64,000 nucleotides of DNA from an uncultured Bacteroidota bacterium (GTDB taxonomy: Bacteria > Bacteroidota > Bacteroidia > Flavobacteriales > Flavobacteriaceae). The notes beneath the pieces are model-generated. The model searched no databases, was not told the origin of the DNA, and saw only the letters and a list, made by a program, of their open reading frames with translations. The stretch spans positions 27,667 to 91,666 of the forward strand of contig CACECH010000002.1 of the NCBI GenBank assembly GCA_902558025.1. Reading direction: 5' to 3'. Position 1 is the stretch's first letter; each line of letters begins with the position of its first letter. Below are positions 38,667 to 49,206 of the stretch, piece by piece. The translations under genes were made by a program, and so were the position numbers.

Positions 38667-40000
38667 CGGTCAAACACAAGTTTTTTACCATTTGGAGTTT
38701 CATTTACTACTCCATTGGAATATACAACTCTTCCATTTAAAATAGTTGAATGAATGGATGAGCTAAAAGTTACACCTTCAAAAGGTGACCACCCACATTT
38801 ATAAAGTAGTGATTTTTTTGAGACTAAAGTTGGAGAATTAGGATCTACTAGCACAATATCTGCATAATATCCCTCTTTTATAAAACCTCTTTTTTTAATT
38901 TTAAAAATCTTTGATGGGTTGTGAGCAATTTTTTCTACAATTTTTTCAATGCTTACTCCATGCTTTGGTGATTCCTCAAGTAAGGATAAAATTGTATGTT
39001 GAACCATAGGTCCTCCAGAAGGACAGTTAAAGTAAGTATTTTCTTTCTCAATTTCTGTATGAGGTGCATGATCTGAAGCTATGATGTCTATCTTGTCCTC
39101 TTTTATTGCATTCCAGAGTGCATCTTTATCACTTTGAGATTTTATGGCTGGATTCCATTTAATTTTTGATCCCAGTTTTTTATAGTCTTTATCTGTAAAC
39201 CATAAATGATGAGCACAAACTTCAGCAGTTAATTTCTTTTCTTCAACAGGTAGTTTGTTGTCAAATAGATCAAGTTCTTTTCTTGTTGAAATATGAAAGA
39301 CATTTAGCCTAGCTCCAGTTTTTTTAGCTAGATCAACGGCATATTTTGAACTTTTATAACATGCCTCTTCGCTTCTAATCTTGGGGTGTAACTCCATAGG
39401 AACATTTTCGCCATAGATTTCTTTATATTTTTTAGAGTTATTTCTAATTGTTTGCTCATCTTCACAATGAGCAGATATTGGCAGAGATGTTGATGAAAAA
39501 ATTTTTTCTATAGAGTTTAAATTATCTATTAACATTTTTCCAGTTGATGAGCCAAGAAACAGTTTTATACCAGCAACTTCAGTAGGGTCTATTTTTTTAA
39601 TTTCATCTAGGTTATCATTTGTACCTCCAAACATAAAAGAGAAATTAGAGTATGAATTTATTGATGCAATACTTATCTTTTTATTGAACTCCTCAACTGT
39701 TGTAGTATTAGGACTTGTGTTTGGCATTTCTATATATGAAGTAACACCTCCTGCAATAGCAGCTTTCGATTCAGATAAAATATTTCCCTTATGTGTAAGT
39801 CCAGGTTCTCTAAAATGCACTTGATCATCAATCATTCCAGGAATAAGAATTAATCCATGAGCGTCAATTACTTGAGTATCTGAATCAACCTGTATCTTTT
39901 TGGATATCGAGGTTATTAAATCACCTTTGATTAGTATATCTTCACTTAATCTATTTCCTTCGTTAATTACGGTTGCATTTTTTATTAATAGTTTACCCAT
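38663..40000 (-). CDS. pyrC: Dihydroorotase (amidohydrolase superfamily, long form)
   Basis: 445 aa. It has the metal-binding DDQVHFREPG, the carboxylated-Lys region GIKLFLGSS, and SDHAPH. Confidence 0.85.
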   Translation of the reverse strand: MGKLLIKNATVINEGNRLSEDILIKGDLITSISKKIQVDSDTQVIDAHGLILIPGMIDDQVHFREPGLTHKGNILSESKAAIAGGVTSYIEMPNTSPNTTTVEEFNKKISIASINSYSNFSFMFGGTNDNLDEIKKIDPTEVAGIKLFLGSSTGKMLIDNLNSIEKIFSSTSLPISAHCEDEQTIRNNSKKYKEIYGENVPMELHPKIRSEEACYKSSKYAVDLAKKTGARLNVFHISTRKELDLFDNKLPVEEKKLTAEVCAHHLWFTDKDYKKLGSKIKWNPAIKSQSDKDALWNAIKEDKIDIIASDHAPHTEIEKENTYFNCPSGGPMVQHTILSLLEESPKHGVSIEKIVEKIAHNPSKIFKIKKRGFIKEGYYADIVLVDPNSPTLVSKKSLLYKCGWSPFEGVTFSSSIHSTILNGRVVYSNGVVNETPNGKKLVFDR

Positions 40001-40001
40001 T

Positions 40002-40724
40002 CTACTTAAAAAAAGAATTAATTTTTAATTTAATTACTCCAAAAATTGCCTCAAAAATTATACTCTGATTCATTTTTGATTTACCTAATTTTCTATTTAC
40101 AAAAATTATTTGATGCTCTTTTAATTTAAAATTTTTTTTCCAAAGTTTAAATTTCATTTCAATTTGAAATGCATATCCATTAAATTTTATTTTACTTAAT
40201 TCAATTGAATTTAGTGCATTTTTAGTATAACCAACAAAACCTGATGTTGCATCTTTTATAGGCATACCAGTAATTATCCTAACATATAAGTTTGCAAAAT
40301 AAGAAAGAAAGATTCTGAATAAAGGCCAATTAACAACACTTACCCCATTAATATATCGAGATCCTACAACAACATCATATTTATTTTGACTTAATTGAAT
40401 TTTTAGGTTCTTAATCTCATTTGGGTCATGTGACATATCAGCGTCCATCTCAAATATATAAGAATAGTTGTTTTTTAGTGCCCATTTAAATCCTGCCTTA
40501 TATGCAGAACCTAGTCCAGATTTTTTGTCTCTTTTTATAAGGAATACTTTGTTATTATAAATATTTTTTTGATTTTCAACTATTTTAGATGTTCCATCAG
40601 GAGAGTTATCATCTATTACAAGAATATCATTTTTATCCTCTAGATCCATTACCTTCTTAATAACAGTTTCAATATTTTCTGCTTCATTGTATGTAGGTAT
40701 AATAATTAAACTATTGTATTTCAT
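40002..40724 (-). CDS. GT2 polyprenol-monophosphate mannose/glycosyl synthase (Dpm1-like)
   Basis: 240 aa with IIPTYNEAENI, IDDNSPDGT and the DxD-like EMDADMSHDP. Confidence 0.85.
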   Translation of the reverse strand: MKYNSLIIIPTYNEAENIETVIKKVMDLEDKNDILVIDDNSPDGTSKIVENQKNIYNNKVFLIKRDKKSGLGSAYKAGFKWALKNNYSYIFEMDADMSHDPNEIKNLKIQLSQNKYDVVVGSRYINGVSVVNWPLFRIFLSYFANLYVRIITGMPIKDATSGFVGYTKNALNSIELSKIKFNGYAFQIEMKFKLWKKNFKLKEHQIIFVNRKLGKSKMNQSIIFEAIFGVIKLKINSFFK

Positions 40725-40744
40725 TATTTATAGTAGTTATTCTA

Positions 40745-40752
40745 TAATTTTG
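40745..40752 (+). promoter_or_regulatory. Putative -7 promoter box (TAatTTTG) for DUF4271-hemD
   Basis: taattttg lies 8 nt upstream of the ATG at 40761. Confidence 0.35.
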
Positions 40753-40760
40753 TTTTAAAT

Positions 40761-41450
40761 ATGATTCAAAATCAAGCTTTAAGCAGTTTATTTATTCTAA
40801 TTTTATTATTGGTATTTTATTTATTTCAAATATTTCAAAGAGTAAAATTAGTTTATTTATTTAGAAGTTTTGGTTATCACTTTCGTAATATTCTCTTACC
40901 ATATAATTCTGATGACCTTAGTGTTTCAAGCTCAGGAACATCAGTAATTAATTATTTTCACTATTTCTATATATTCTTTTTTTTACTAATTAATGGTGTG
41001 ATTGTATCATATTATGGAGCTTGGGTTGAAGATGGAGGCCTTAAGTTAAATAAAATTAGTTATGATTTATTCATGAGTTATTTTAAATTTAATTCACTCA
41101 TATTAATTACTCTTTTCATAAGATTTCTTTTAATCAGATTTGTTTTAGAGTTATTTATAAACTACAAGCTCAAGTTTCTATTTTATAAAAACTTTATTAT
41201 AAACATTATTATTGGATTATTGATGTTTATTAATTTTGTAATATATAATTTAAATCCCTCCTACGAAATCAGCTATCTATTTAGTTCATTTTTAGTATTA
41301 TTTATCCTACATTTTATCTTTCAAACAAAGAACTACTTAAGTTATTTTGTTAAACTTGAGGTTAAGGAAGTAATGTATTTTATTTTGTATCTTTGTGCCT
41401 TCAAACTAGCCCCTTGGATATGGCTATATTCTGTTACTCCAATAAAATAA
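40761..41450 (+). CDS. DUF4271 multi-pass membrane protein
   Basis: 229 aa with about 6 TM helices. It is Phe/Leu/Ile-rich and lies directly upstream of a hemD-like gene, as is usual in Bacteroidota. Confidence 0.55.
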   Translation: MIQNQALSSLFILILLLVFYLFQIFQRVKLVYLFRSFGYHFRNILLPYNSDDLSVSSSGTSVINYFHYFYIFFFLLINGVIVSYYGAWVEDGGLKLNKISYDLFMSYFKFNSLILITLFIRFLLIRFVLELFINYKLKFLFYKNFIINIIIGLLMFINFVIYNLNPSYEISYLFSSFLVLFILHFIFQTKNYLSYFVKLEVKEVMYFILYLCAFKLAPWIWLYSVTPIK

Positions 41451-41456
41451 GTATAT

Positions 41457-42191
41457 ATGAGTATTAAAAGTGTTCTTATTTCTCAACCTGAACCTACTAA
41501 TGGTAATTCTCCTTACTCTAGACTAAATAGAAAGTTTAAGATCAAAGTTGATTACAGACCATTTATTCATGTCGAAGGTTTAACTGCAAAAGAAGTAAGA
41601 GCTCAAAAAATTGATTTTTCTAGATTTCATAACATTGTTCTTACTAGTAGAAATGCTGTAGATCACTTTTTTAGAATTACTGAAGAAATGAGATTTAAAG
41701 TTCCAGATCAGACAAAATATTTTTGTCAATCTGAAGCAGTAGCTTATTATCTTCAAAAATATGTGGTTTACAGAAAACGTAAAATATATGTAGGAAATAA
41801 CAGTTTTAAAGATCTAGAAGCAACATTTGTTAAATTTCATAAAGAAAATTTTTTAGTTCCAAGTTCTGGTAGCCTTAATCCAGATATAGCAAATACCCTT
41901 GATTCATTTAATATTTCATGGCAGAGAGCACAACTTTTTAAAACTGTAGTTTCAGATTTATCTGATTTAAGTGACGTTTACTATGATGTACTTGTTTTCT
42001 TTAGTCCTTTGGGTATAGAATCCTTGTTTGAAAATTTTCCTGATTTTAAACAAAATAAAACTCTTATTGCTGTTTACGGAAATACAACTAAAGAGGCTGC
42101 AGTTGGTAAAAATCTTAGAATTGATATTAAGGCACCCACAGAAGTGGCTCCATCAATGGCAATGGCAATTGAAAAATATATAAAAGGTTAA
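41457..42191 (+). CDS. Uroporphyrinogen-III synthase family protein (HemD-like)
   Basis: 244 aa with a two-lobed HEM4 pattern (VLISQPEP...VLTSRNAVDHFF...FFSPLGIESL). Confidence 0.7.
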   Translation: MSIKSVLISQPEPTNGNSPYSRLNRKFKIKVDYRPFIHVEGLTAKEVRAQKIDFSRFHNIVLTSRNAVDHFFRITEEMRFKVPDQTKYFCQSEAVAYYLQKYVVYRKRKIYVGNNSFKDLEATFVKFHKENFLVPSSGSLNPDIANTLDSFNISWQRAQLFKTVVSDLSDLSDVYYDVLVFFSPLGIESLFENFPDFKQNKTLIAVYGNTTKEAAVGKNLRIDIKAPTEVAPSMAMAIEKYIKG

Positions 42192-42895
42192 TTTCTTCTA
42201 CCAAACCTCATCCATATATATACTAGATTAGCAATTGATGCTAGAGCAGCTACAACATATGTACCTGCTGCCCATTTGAGAGCTTCTTTAGATTGGACTA
42301 GTTCTCTTTGATTTACAATTCTTTTTCTTTCAAGCCAATAAATAGCTCTTTTACTGGCATCAAATTCAACAGGAAGGGTTACTAGACTAAATAATGTTCC
42401 AGAAGCAAAACCAAATATTCCAATACTAACTGCAGTTTGACCTAACACAGGAGACGTTTGCATTAAAACAACTCCTAAAAATAAAACCCAAATTGCAAGA
42501 TTTGATGTGACACCTACCATTGGGACTAAAATAGATCTCATTCTCAACCACTCATATCCTTTAGCATGTTGAACAGCATGTCCACATTCATGAGCAGCAA
42601 CAGCAGCAGCTGCAGCATTTCTTTCATTATAAACACTCTGACTTAGGTTCACAGTTTTCTTTTGAGGATTATAATGATCTGTTAACTGCCCTTTTACTGA
42701 AATTACTTTGACATCAAAAATACCATGATCGCTTAACATTTTTTCAGCAATTTCTTTACCAGAGAGATTTGCTGATAATGTTTGTTGAGAGAATTTTTTA
42801 AATTTTGTTTTTAACTTATTTGATACGTAAAAACTAAGTAATAAAAATGGTAAAACAACTAGGTAATAATTTAAATCATATAAAAGATATTCCAT
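42188..42895 (-). CDS. Membrane zinc metallopeptidase (Zn_peptidase_2 / YpfJ-unrelated neutral metallopeptidase family)
   Basis: 235 aa with the HExxH motif AHECGHAVQH flanked by TM helices. Confidence 0.8.
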   Translation of the reverse strand: MEYLLYDLNYYLVVLPFLLLSFYVSNKLKTKFKKFSQQTLSANLSGKEIAEKMLSDHGIFDVKVISVKGQLTDHYNPQKKTVNLSQSVYNERNAAAAAVAAHECGHAVQHAKGYEWLRMRSILVPMVGVTSNLAIWVLFLGVVLMQTSPVLGQTAVSIGIFGFASGTLFSLVTLPVEFDASKRAIYWLERKRIVNQRELVQSKEALKWAAGTYVVAALASIANLVYIWMRFGRRN

Positions 42896-42945
42896 AATAA
42901 TTTTTTAATAAAATTATATAAACAGTTTAATTGAAAAAAATATTA

Positions 42946-43203
42946 TCAATTTTTTAACTTAAAAATAATAACAAAGAGTTGAAGAACAGCAGTAACACTG
43001 TTAGCTACAATAATTGCAATGCTACCTATAAAAACTCCATATACAAACCATAGCAGAACACCAACAAACATTGTCAAGTACATCGTAAGGGAAACACCTT
43101 GAGCTTTCTTCTCTTTATATATTTTATAAACTTGAGGGATGAATGCTGAAGTTGTAAGAATTGCAGCCATAATTCCAATTGATTCATGAAATGGATCTAT
43201 CAT
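42946..43203 (-). CDS. SemiSWEET (PQ-loop, 3-TM half-transporter)
   Basis: 85 aa with three TM helices and the PQ motif FIPQVYKIYK. The ATG overlaps the leuS TGA (ATGA). Confidence 0.8.
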   Translation of the reverse strand: MIDPFHESIGIMAAILTTSAFIPQVYKIYKEKKAQGVSLTMYLTMFVGVLLWFVYGVFIGSIAIIVANSVTAVLQLFVIIFKLKN

Positions 43204-46010
43204 AAAACTATATTAATGATTTTACCAGGGACTACAATCACTTTCTTTGGTATTGTATTGTTTAGGATTGATATTGTTTTTTCATTAGACAAGACAATTT
43301 TTTCAATTTCATAAGCATCTAATTCCAAAGGTAAGTTTATGGTAAATTTTGTTTTGCCGTTAAAAGAAACTGGATAATTCTTTTCAGATTCAATTAAGTA
43401 TTTTTTGTCAAATTCAGGGTATTTTTCATCAATTATTGATTCTGTGTTTCCAATTTGACTCCAAAGTTCCTCAGCAAAATGAGGAGCGAAAGGAGAAATT
43501 AAAACAAGTAATTGCTCAAGTATTAACCTGTTGTTACATTTTAATGCACTAAGTTCATTAATACAAATCATAAATGAACTTATACATGTATTTAGACTTA
43601 GTTTTTCAATGTCTTCAGTAATCTTTTTAATTGTTTTATGTAGTGATTTTAAAGATTCCTCTGAAGGTATATCTTCAGTTAAAGTTATTTTATCATCTTC
43701 AAAGAAAAGATTCCAAAACCTTTTCAAAAAAGAATAAACTCCAGAGATACCTCTTGTATCCCATGGTTTAGACTGTTCAATTGGTCCTAAGAACATTTCA
43801 TACATCCTTAATGTATCAGCTCCATATTGATCACATATTTCATCAGGATTCACGACATTAAATTTTGATTTAGACATTTTTTCTTGCTCTCTAATACACT
43901 CAAATTTTCCATTATCAAAATGAAAAGAAGCATTATTAAAATCTTTATCTTCTTTTTTTAAAACATCTATTTCAACTTCGTTTTCTGTATTTACATATTT
44001 AATGTCAATCCTTATTCTATCAACCTCTATATTATTAATTAAATTTTTTGAGAAATATTCTGAAGTACCTGACTTACGATAAATAAATGCAGAGTTACCA
44101 AGAATCATACCTTGGTTAACAAGCTTTTTAGCATATTCATCTTTTTGGAGAAAATCTAGATCAAATAAAAATTTTTGATAAAATCTTGAATAAAGTAAAT
44201 GTCCAGTAGCATGTTCACTTCCTCCAAAATAAACATCAACATCAGACCAATAAGATTGAGAAGCATCAGAAATGAATTCATTATTATTTTTCGGATCCAT
44301 ATACCTGTAGAAATACCATGAGCTTCCAGCCCAACCAGGCATGGTATTAAGTTCTAGTGGAAAAACATTTACATTATCAATTTTACTATTAAGAGTTACC
44401 TTTTTATTTTTTTCATCCCAGGCCCATTCATCAGAATTACCTAGAGGCGAATCACCATTTTTTGTTGGTAAAAAATTGTCTACTTCAGGAAGGTTTAATG
44501 GAAGATACATTTCTTCTATATTTTTTGGTATATCATTTTTATAGTATATAGGAATTGGCTCACCCCAATATCTTTGCCTACTAAAAATAGCATCTCTAAG
44601 TTTATATTGAATTTTTGATTCTCCAATTTTTTTATCTTCAATTTTTTTAATTATAATCTCTAGTGAAGTTTCATAATCATGACCGTTAAGAAATTCTGAG
44701 TTGATTAATTTGAATCCTGTCTTTTCAGAAAAAGCTGATTTTGAAATATCAATCTGATCAAAAATATTTGGAATATCTAGTTTAAACTTTTTTGCAAAGT
44801 CATAATCTCTCTGATCACCAGCTGGAACTCCCATTACTGCACCAGTTCCATAACTCGCCAGCACATAATCCGAAATCCATATTGGAATTTTTTTACCAGA
44901 AAATGGATGGATTGCATAAGATCCAGTAAATACTCCTGATACGGATTTAACATCTGATAGTCTATCTCTTTCAGACTTTACTGAAACTTCATCTAAATAA
45001 TCTTTAATTTCTTTTCTATTATTTGATAAAGAAATATCATACAAGTCTCCATACTCAGGCGCGATTGTTAAAAATGAAACTCCAAAAACAGTGTCAGGCC
45101 TAGTTGTAAAAACTTCAATTTTTTTATCTGAGTTTTCAACTTCGAATTTTAATGAAACACCTTTTGATTTACCAATCCAATTTCTTTGCATTTCTTTTAA
45201 AGGTTCTGGCCAGTCAATTTTATTTAAATCCTCTAAAAGTCTATCTGAATATTTACTTATTCTTAGACACCAATGTTTAACTTTTCTTTTTGTTACAGGA
45301 TATCCACCCCTTTCACTTACTCCATTAATAATCTCATCATTGGCCAACACAGTTCCCAATTCATCACACCAATTAACCTCTCCATCAGTAATATAGGCTA
45401 ATCTAAAATTCATCAAAATATCTGATTTAATTTTATCGTTAAAATTTTTCCATTCTTCATTTGAAAATGAATAGTCTAGATTTTCTAACTCATTTTTATA
45501 TAAATTATCACCATCTTTTTCAAAGGAATTAATCAATTCACTAATGTGCTTTGCCTTATTCTCAATCTTACAATAGAAGGAATTAAACATTAACGTAAAG
45601 ATCCACTGTGTCCATTTATAGTAATTAGGTTCAGAAGTTCTTATTTCTCTTGACCAATCAAATGAAAAACCAATTCTGTCCAGCTGCCTTCTATACATAT
45701 CAATATTTTCTTGAGTTGTTTTCTTAGGATGCTGGCCTGTTTTTATTGCATATTGCTCTGCCGGCAAACCAAATGAGTCATAGCCTTGAGGATGAAGTAC
45801 ATTAAAACCTTTATGTCTCTTATATCTTGAAAAAATATCACTGGCAATGTATCCAAGAGGATGCCCTACATGAAGACCAGCACCAGATGGATATGGGAAC
45901 ATATCTAAAACATAGTACTTTGGTTTTTCAGAAATACTTACCTGAAAAGTTTTGTTGTCTCTCCAGTATTTCTGCCATTTTTTTTCTATTTCTAGAAAAT
46001 TGTATTTCAC
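43200..46010 (-). CDS. leuS: Leucine--tRNA ligase
   Basis: 936 aa with a GTG start. It has the HIGH motif (LHVGHPLGY), the KMSKS motif (EKMSKSKFN) and a CP1 editing domain. Confidence 0.97.
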   Translation of the reverse strand: MKYNFLEIEKKWQKYWRDNKTFQVSISEKPKYYVLDMFPYPSGAGLHVGHPLGYIASDIFSRYKRHKGFNVLHPQGYDSFGLPAEQYAIKTGQHPKKTTQENIDMYRRQLDRIGFSFDWSREIRTSEPNYYKWTQWIFTLMFNSFYCKIENKAKHISELINSFEKDGDNLYKNELENLDYSFSNEEWKNFNDKIKSDILMNFRLAYITDGEVNWCDELGTVLANDEIINGVSERGGYPVTKRKVKHWCLRISKYSDRLLEDLNKIDWPEPLKEMQRNWIGKSKGVSLKFEVENSDKKIEVFTTRPDTVFGVSFLTIAPEYGDLYDISLSNNRKEIKDYLDEVSVKSERDRLSDVKSVSGVFTGSYAIHPFSGKKIPIWISDYVLASYGTGAVMGVPAGDQRDYDFAKKFKLDIPNIFDQIDISKSAFSEKTGFKLINSEFLNGHDYETSLEIIIKKIEDKKIGESKIQYKLRDAIFSRQRYWGEPIPIYYKNDIPKNIEEMYLPLNLPEVDNFLPTKNGDSPLGNSDEWAWDEKNKKVTLNSKIDNVNVFPLELNTMPGWAGSSWYFYRYMDPKNNNEFISDASQSYWSDVDVYFGGSEHATGHLLYSRFYQKFLFDLDFLQKDEYAKKLVNQGMILGNSAFIYRKSGTSEYFSKNLINNIEVDRIRIDIKYVNTENEVEIDVLKKEDKDFNNASFHFDNGKFECIREQEKMSKSKFNVVNPDEICDQYGADTLRMYEMFLGPIEQSKPWDTRGISGVYSFLKRFWNLFFEDDKITLTEDIPSEESLKSLHKTIKKITEDIEKLSLNTCISSFMICINELSALKCNNRLILEQLLVLISPFAPHFAEELWSQIGNTESIIDEKYPEFDKKYLIESEKNYPVSFNGKTKFTINLPLELDAYEIEKIVLSNEKTISILNNTIPKKVIVVPGKIINIVL

Positions 46011-46071
46011 TGAAAATAAATTTTTTACAAAGGAAGAACTTATTTAAATAACATAAAAATTAATTTATTAA

Positions 46072-46965
46072 TTGTTTAGTACTTTTATAAAAATTAAAAT
46101 GGATTTTAAAAACTTTTATCATAGAAAAAAGTCAACAAATAACCTAATATCACTGTTTGTAATTAATACTATAGTATTATTTTTTCTATCAATAGCTATA
46201 CTTACTTATTTGAAATCATCTTCGATAGAAAACTATTTTAAAGAAAATGTTACAGTTAGTATTTATCTAAAAAATTCATCTAGAGATAGTGATATCAAGC
46301 AAATTAATAAGTTTTTAAATTTAAATGAGAATGTAAAGTCCATTGAGTTTATATCAAAAGAAGATGCAGCGGAATTATTTACAAATGAAATCGGTGAAGA
46401 ATTTGTTGGTTTTTTAGGTTATAATCCTCTACTAGATTTAATTTCAGTAAGGCTTTTTGGAGAAAAAATCGATATATATAATATTGAAGAGTTTATAGAG
46501 AGTCTTGACAATTTTAAATTTATTGAAGAAATTGAATATGATAAACCATTAGTTGAATCTCTAGTTAATAATTTTAAGAAAATTGGAGTATTGATTATTA
46601 TTACAAGTGTTTTATTTTTTATTACAAGTTTTATTTTAATTAATAATTCTATTAAGATTTCAATATATTCCAAGAGAGATATAATAAAAACAATGCAACT
46701 TGTTGGAGCTACTAAAAGTTTTATTAGAAGACCTTTTATTTCAAGCTATGTTAGGATAGGGTTTTACTCATCCCTCATCTCACTGATATTACTATTTATT
46801 TCATTATCTCAGGCTAGTCTTGAATTAGACGAAATTGATTTTTTTTCAAATATTAAGGACATCATAATTTTAGTTTCATTTATAATTTTATTTGGAATAT
46901 TTACATCATATATTAGCTCTTACTTTATCACTCAGAAATATCTAAAATTAAAAATATCAAGATAG
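46072..46965 (+). CDS. ftsX: FtsX-like cell-division permease
   Basis: 297 aa from the TTG at 46072, or 288 aa from the ATG at 46099 (which I favour). It has an N-terminal TM helix, an extracytoplasmic domain (FISKEDAAELF) and three C-terminal TM helices. Confidence 0.78.
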   Translation: MFSTFIKIKMDFKNFYHRKKSTNNLISLFVINTIVLFFLSIAILTYLKSSSIENYFKENVTVSIYLKNSSRDSDIKQINKFLNLNENVKSIEFISKEDAAELFTNEIGEEFVGFLGYNPLLDLISVRLFGEKIDIYNIEEFIESLDNFKFIEEIEYDKPLVESLVNNFKKIGVLIIITSVLFFITSFILINNSIKISIYSKRDIIKTMQLVGATKSFIRRPFISSYVRIGFYSSLISLILLFISLSQASLELDEIDFFSNIKDIIILVSFIILFGIFTSYISSYFITQKYLKLKISR

Positions 46966-46967
46966 CA

Positions 46968-47198
46968 TTGATGAAAAAGAAAAATTTTTTATTTAATAAG
47001 AATAGATATAGGCAATTAGTCTTGTCAATTTTAGTTATTGGTATTGGTTTTCTTCTAATGTCAGGAGGAGCTTCAGATGACCCTGAAGTATTTAGTGATG
47101 AAATATATAATTTTAGAAGGATTAGACTTGCACCCCTTATTGTAATTACAGGTTTTACTCTTTGCATTTTTACAATTCTTAAAAAATCTAAAAATTAA
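46968..47198 (+). CDS. DUF3098 small membrane protein
   Basis: 76 aa (75 aa from the ATG at 46971) with two TM helices. It has GFLLMSGG...DPEVF...RRIRLAPL, typical of DUF3098. Confidence 0.7.
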   Translation: MMKKKNFLFNKNRYRQLVLSILVIGIGFLLMSGGASDDPEVFSDEIYNFRRIRLAPLIVITGFTLCIFTILKKSKN

Positions 47199-47204
47199 TT
47201 TACA

Positions 47205-47894
47205 ATGTTAAATGACTTTATAGAGTCTGTAACACTGGATGATATTACAAATGGTAAGATAATTTTAATTGATAAACCAATTGAATGGACCTCATTCGAT
47301 GTTGTTAAATATATTCGGAAGAGTATACAAACAAGACTAAAAGTCAAAAAAATAAAGGTTGGACATGCTGGTACACTTGACCCCCTAGCGACTGGTCTGC
47401 TAATTGTATGTATTGGAAAAGAAACAAAAAATATTTCTAAATATCAGGACCTTTCAAAAAAATATACTGGTATAATTAAATTGGGTGAGACAACTCCTTC
47501 TTATGACAGAGAGACAGAGATAGATGGAACCTACGATTATAATCATATTGACGAAAATAAAGTTTTAGAAATTTCAAAAACGTTTATAGGGAAACAGAAA
47601 CAATTACCACCAATTTATTCTGCTCTAAAAAAAGATGGTAAAAGAATGTATAAGTATGCCAGAGAAAAAATTGAAATTGAAATTGAACCAAGAGATATTA
47701 AAATTTATGATTTTAAAATATTAAATTTCTCTAAACCTTATATTGAATTCATTATTGAATGTTCTAAGGGTACTTATATTAGATCTATTGCTAACGATTA
47801 TGGACAAAAACTTAATTCAGGATCACATCTTTATGAGTTAAAGAGAATTAGTATTGGAGATTTTTCAATTAGTGACGCTTTAAGATTTAAATAA
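47205..47894 (+). CDS. truB: tRNA pseudouridine(55) synthase
   Basis: 229 aa with the catalytic Asp motif [14 protein letters not shown]. It is a short form lacking the PUA domain. Confidence 0.94.
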   Translation: MLNDFIESVTLDDITNGKIILIDKPIEWTSFDVVKYIRKSIQTRLKVKKIKVGHAGTLDPLATGLLIVCIGKETKNISKYQDLSKKYTGIIKLGETTPSYDRETEIDGTYDYNHIDENKVLEISKTFIGKQKQLPPIYSALKKDGKRMYKYAREKIEIEIEPRDIKIYDFKILNFSKPYIEFIIECSKGTYIRSIANDYGQKLNSGSHLYELKRISIGDFSISDALRFK

Positions 47895-47934
47895 ATTTGA
47901 AACATTATAATTATATTTGCTTAATTCCTAAAAA

Positions 47935-48642
47935 ATGAAATACAATCGAATATTACTAAAGTTAAGTGGTGAAGCACTATTAGGAAAAAATTCTTACGGC
48001 ATAGATAATGATAGGCTTGTTGTTTACGCAGAAGAAATCAAAGAAATTCATAAGCAAGGAGTTGAGATTGCTATTGTAATTGGTGGTGGTAATATTTTTA
48101 GAGGATTAAGTGGTTCAAAAGATGGAATAGATAGAGTTCAAGCAGATTACATGGGAATGCTTGCAACAGTTATTAATGGATTAGCTCTTCAAAATGCTTT
48201 AGAGAACATAAATATTCCTACAAGACTTCAATCTGCAATAAAAATGGAATCTATAGCAGAACCTTTTATAAAAAGAAAAGCAACTAGACATCTGGAGAAA
48301 GGTAGAGTTGTAATTTTTGCATCCGGAACAGGTAATCCATATTTTACAACTGACTCCGCAGCAGTACTTAGAGCAATTGAAATTAATGCTGATGTTATAT
48401 TAAAAGGGACTAGAGTTGATGGTATTTATAATGAAGATCCTGAAAAAAATAAAGAAGCAATTAAATTTGATGATATTTCTTTTGAAGATACTATAAGTAA
48501 AGGATTAAAAATTATGGATACTACTGCTTTTACATTAAGTAAAGAGAATAAGCTTCCAATAATAGTTTTTGACATGAATACAAAAGGTAACTTGACCAAA
48601 GTTATTATGGGAGAAAAAATAGGCACAAAAGTTTCTAGTTAA
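47935..48642 (+). CDS. pyrH: UMP kinase
   Basis: 235 aa with [20 protein letters not shown] and [10 protein letters not shown]. Confidence 0.97.
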   Translation: MKYNRILLKLSGEALLGKNSYGIDNDRLVVYAEEIKEIHKQGVEIAIVIGGGNIFRGLSGSKDGIDRVQADYMGMLATVINGLALQNALENINIPTRLQSAIKMESIAEPFIKRKATRHLEKGRVVIFASGTGNPYFTTDSAAVLRAIEINADVILKGTRVDGIYNEDPEKNKEAIKFDDISFEDTISKGLKIMDTTAFTLSKENKLPIIVFDMNTKGNLTKVIMGEKIGTKVSS

Positions 48643-48652
48643 ATCAGGTATT

Positions 48653-49204
48653 ATGGAAAACAACCAAGAAATAATAGAAAATGCAGAATTAAATATGATG
48701 GCTGCTATTGGTCATTTAGAAGCCGAACTAGCAAAAATCAGAGCCGGTAAGGCAAATCCTGTAATGTTAAAAGGTATTTCAGTCGAGTATTATGGTAATC
48801 TAACTCCTTTAAATCAGGTTGCCTCTGTTAGTACACCAAATGCTCAAACTATAAGTATTCAGCCATGGGAAAAGTCAATAATTGATGAAATCGAAAAAAG
48901 TATAATTGATTCTAATCTTGGATTTAACCCTGTTAATAATGGGGAGTCTATTCTAATTAATATTCCTCCTTTAACAGAAGAAAGAAGAATAGAACTAACA
49001 AAATTTGCAAAATCTGAATCTGAATCTGCAAAAGTGAGTATTCGAAATGCAAGAAAAGATGCAAATAATAAAATTAAAGCTCTAGAAATTTCTGATGACT
49101 TGAAATCTAATCTAGAAGTAGATTCTCAAGATCTTACTGATAAATATATAAACAAGGTAGAGGAAATGTTCACATCAAAAGAAAAAGATATTCTAACTGT
49201 CTAG
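48653..49204 (+). CDS. frr: Ribosome recycling factor
   Basis: 183 aa with IRAGKANP, LTEERR and IRNARKDAN. Confidence 0.97.
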   Translation: MENNQEIIENAELNMMAAIGHLEAELAKIRAGKANPVMLKGISVEYYGNLTPLNQVASVSTPNAQTISIQPWEKSIIDEIEKSIIDSNLGFNPVNNGESILINIPPLTEERRIELTKFAKSESESAKVSIRNARKDANNKIKALEISDDLKSNLEVDSQDLTDKYINKVEEMFTSKEKDILTV

Positions 49205-49206
49205 TA

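Noticed and set aside
49013-49028. A short hexanucleotide repeat, tctgaa x 2.7, in frr (encoding SESES).
   Set aside because: It has fewer than three copies, lies within a conserved gene and is too short to matter. This is ordinary low-complexity coding sequence.
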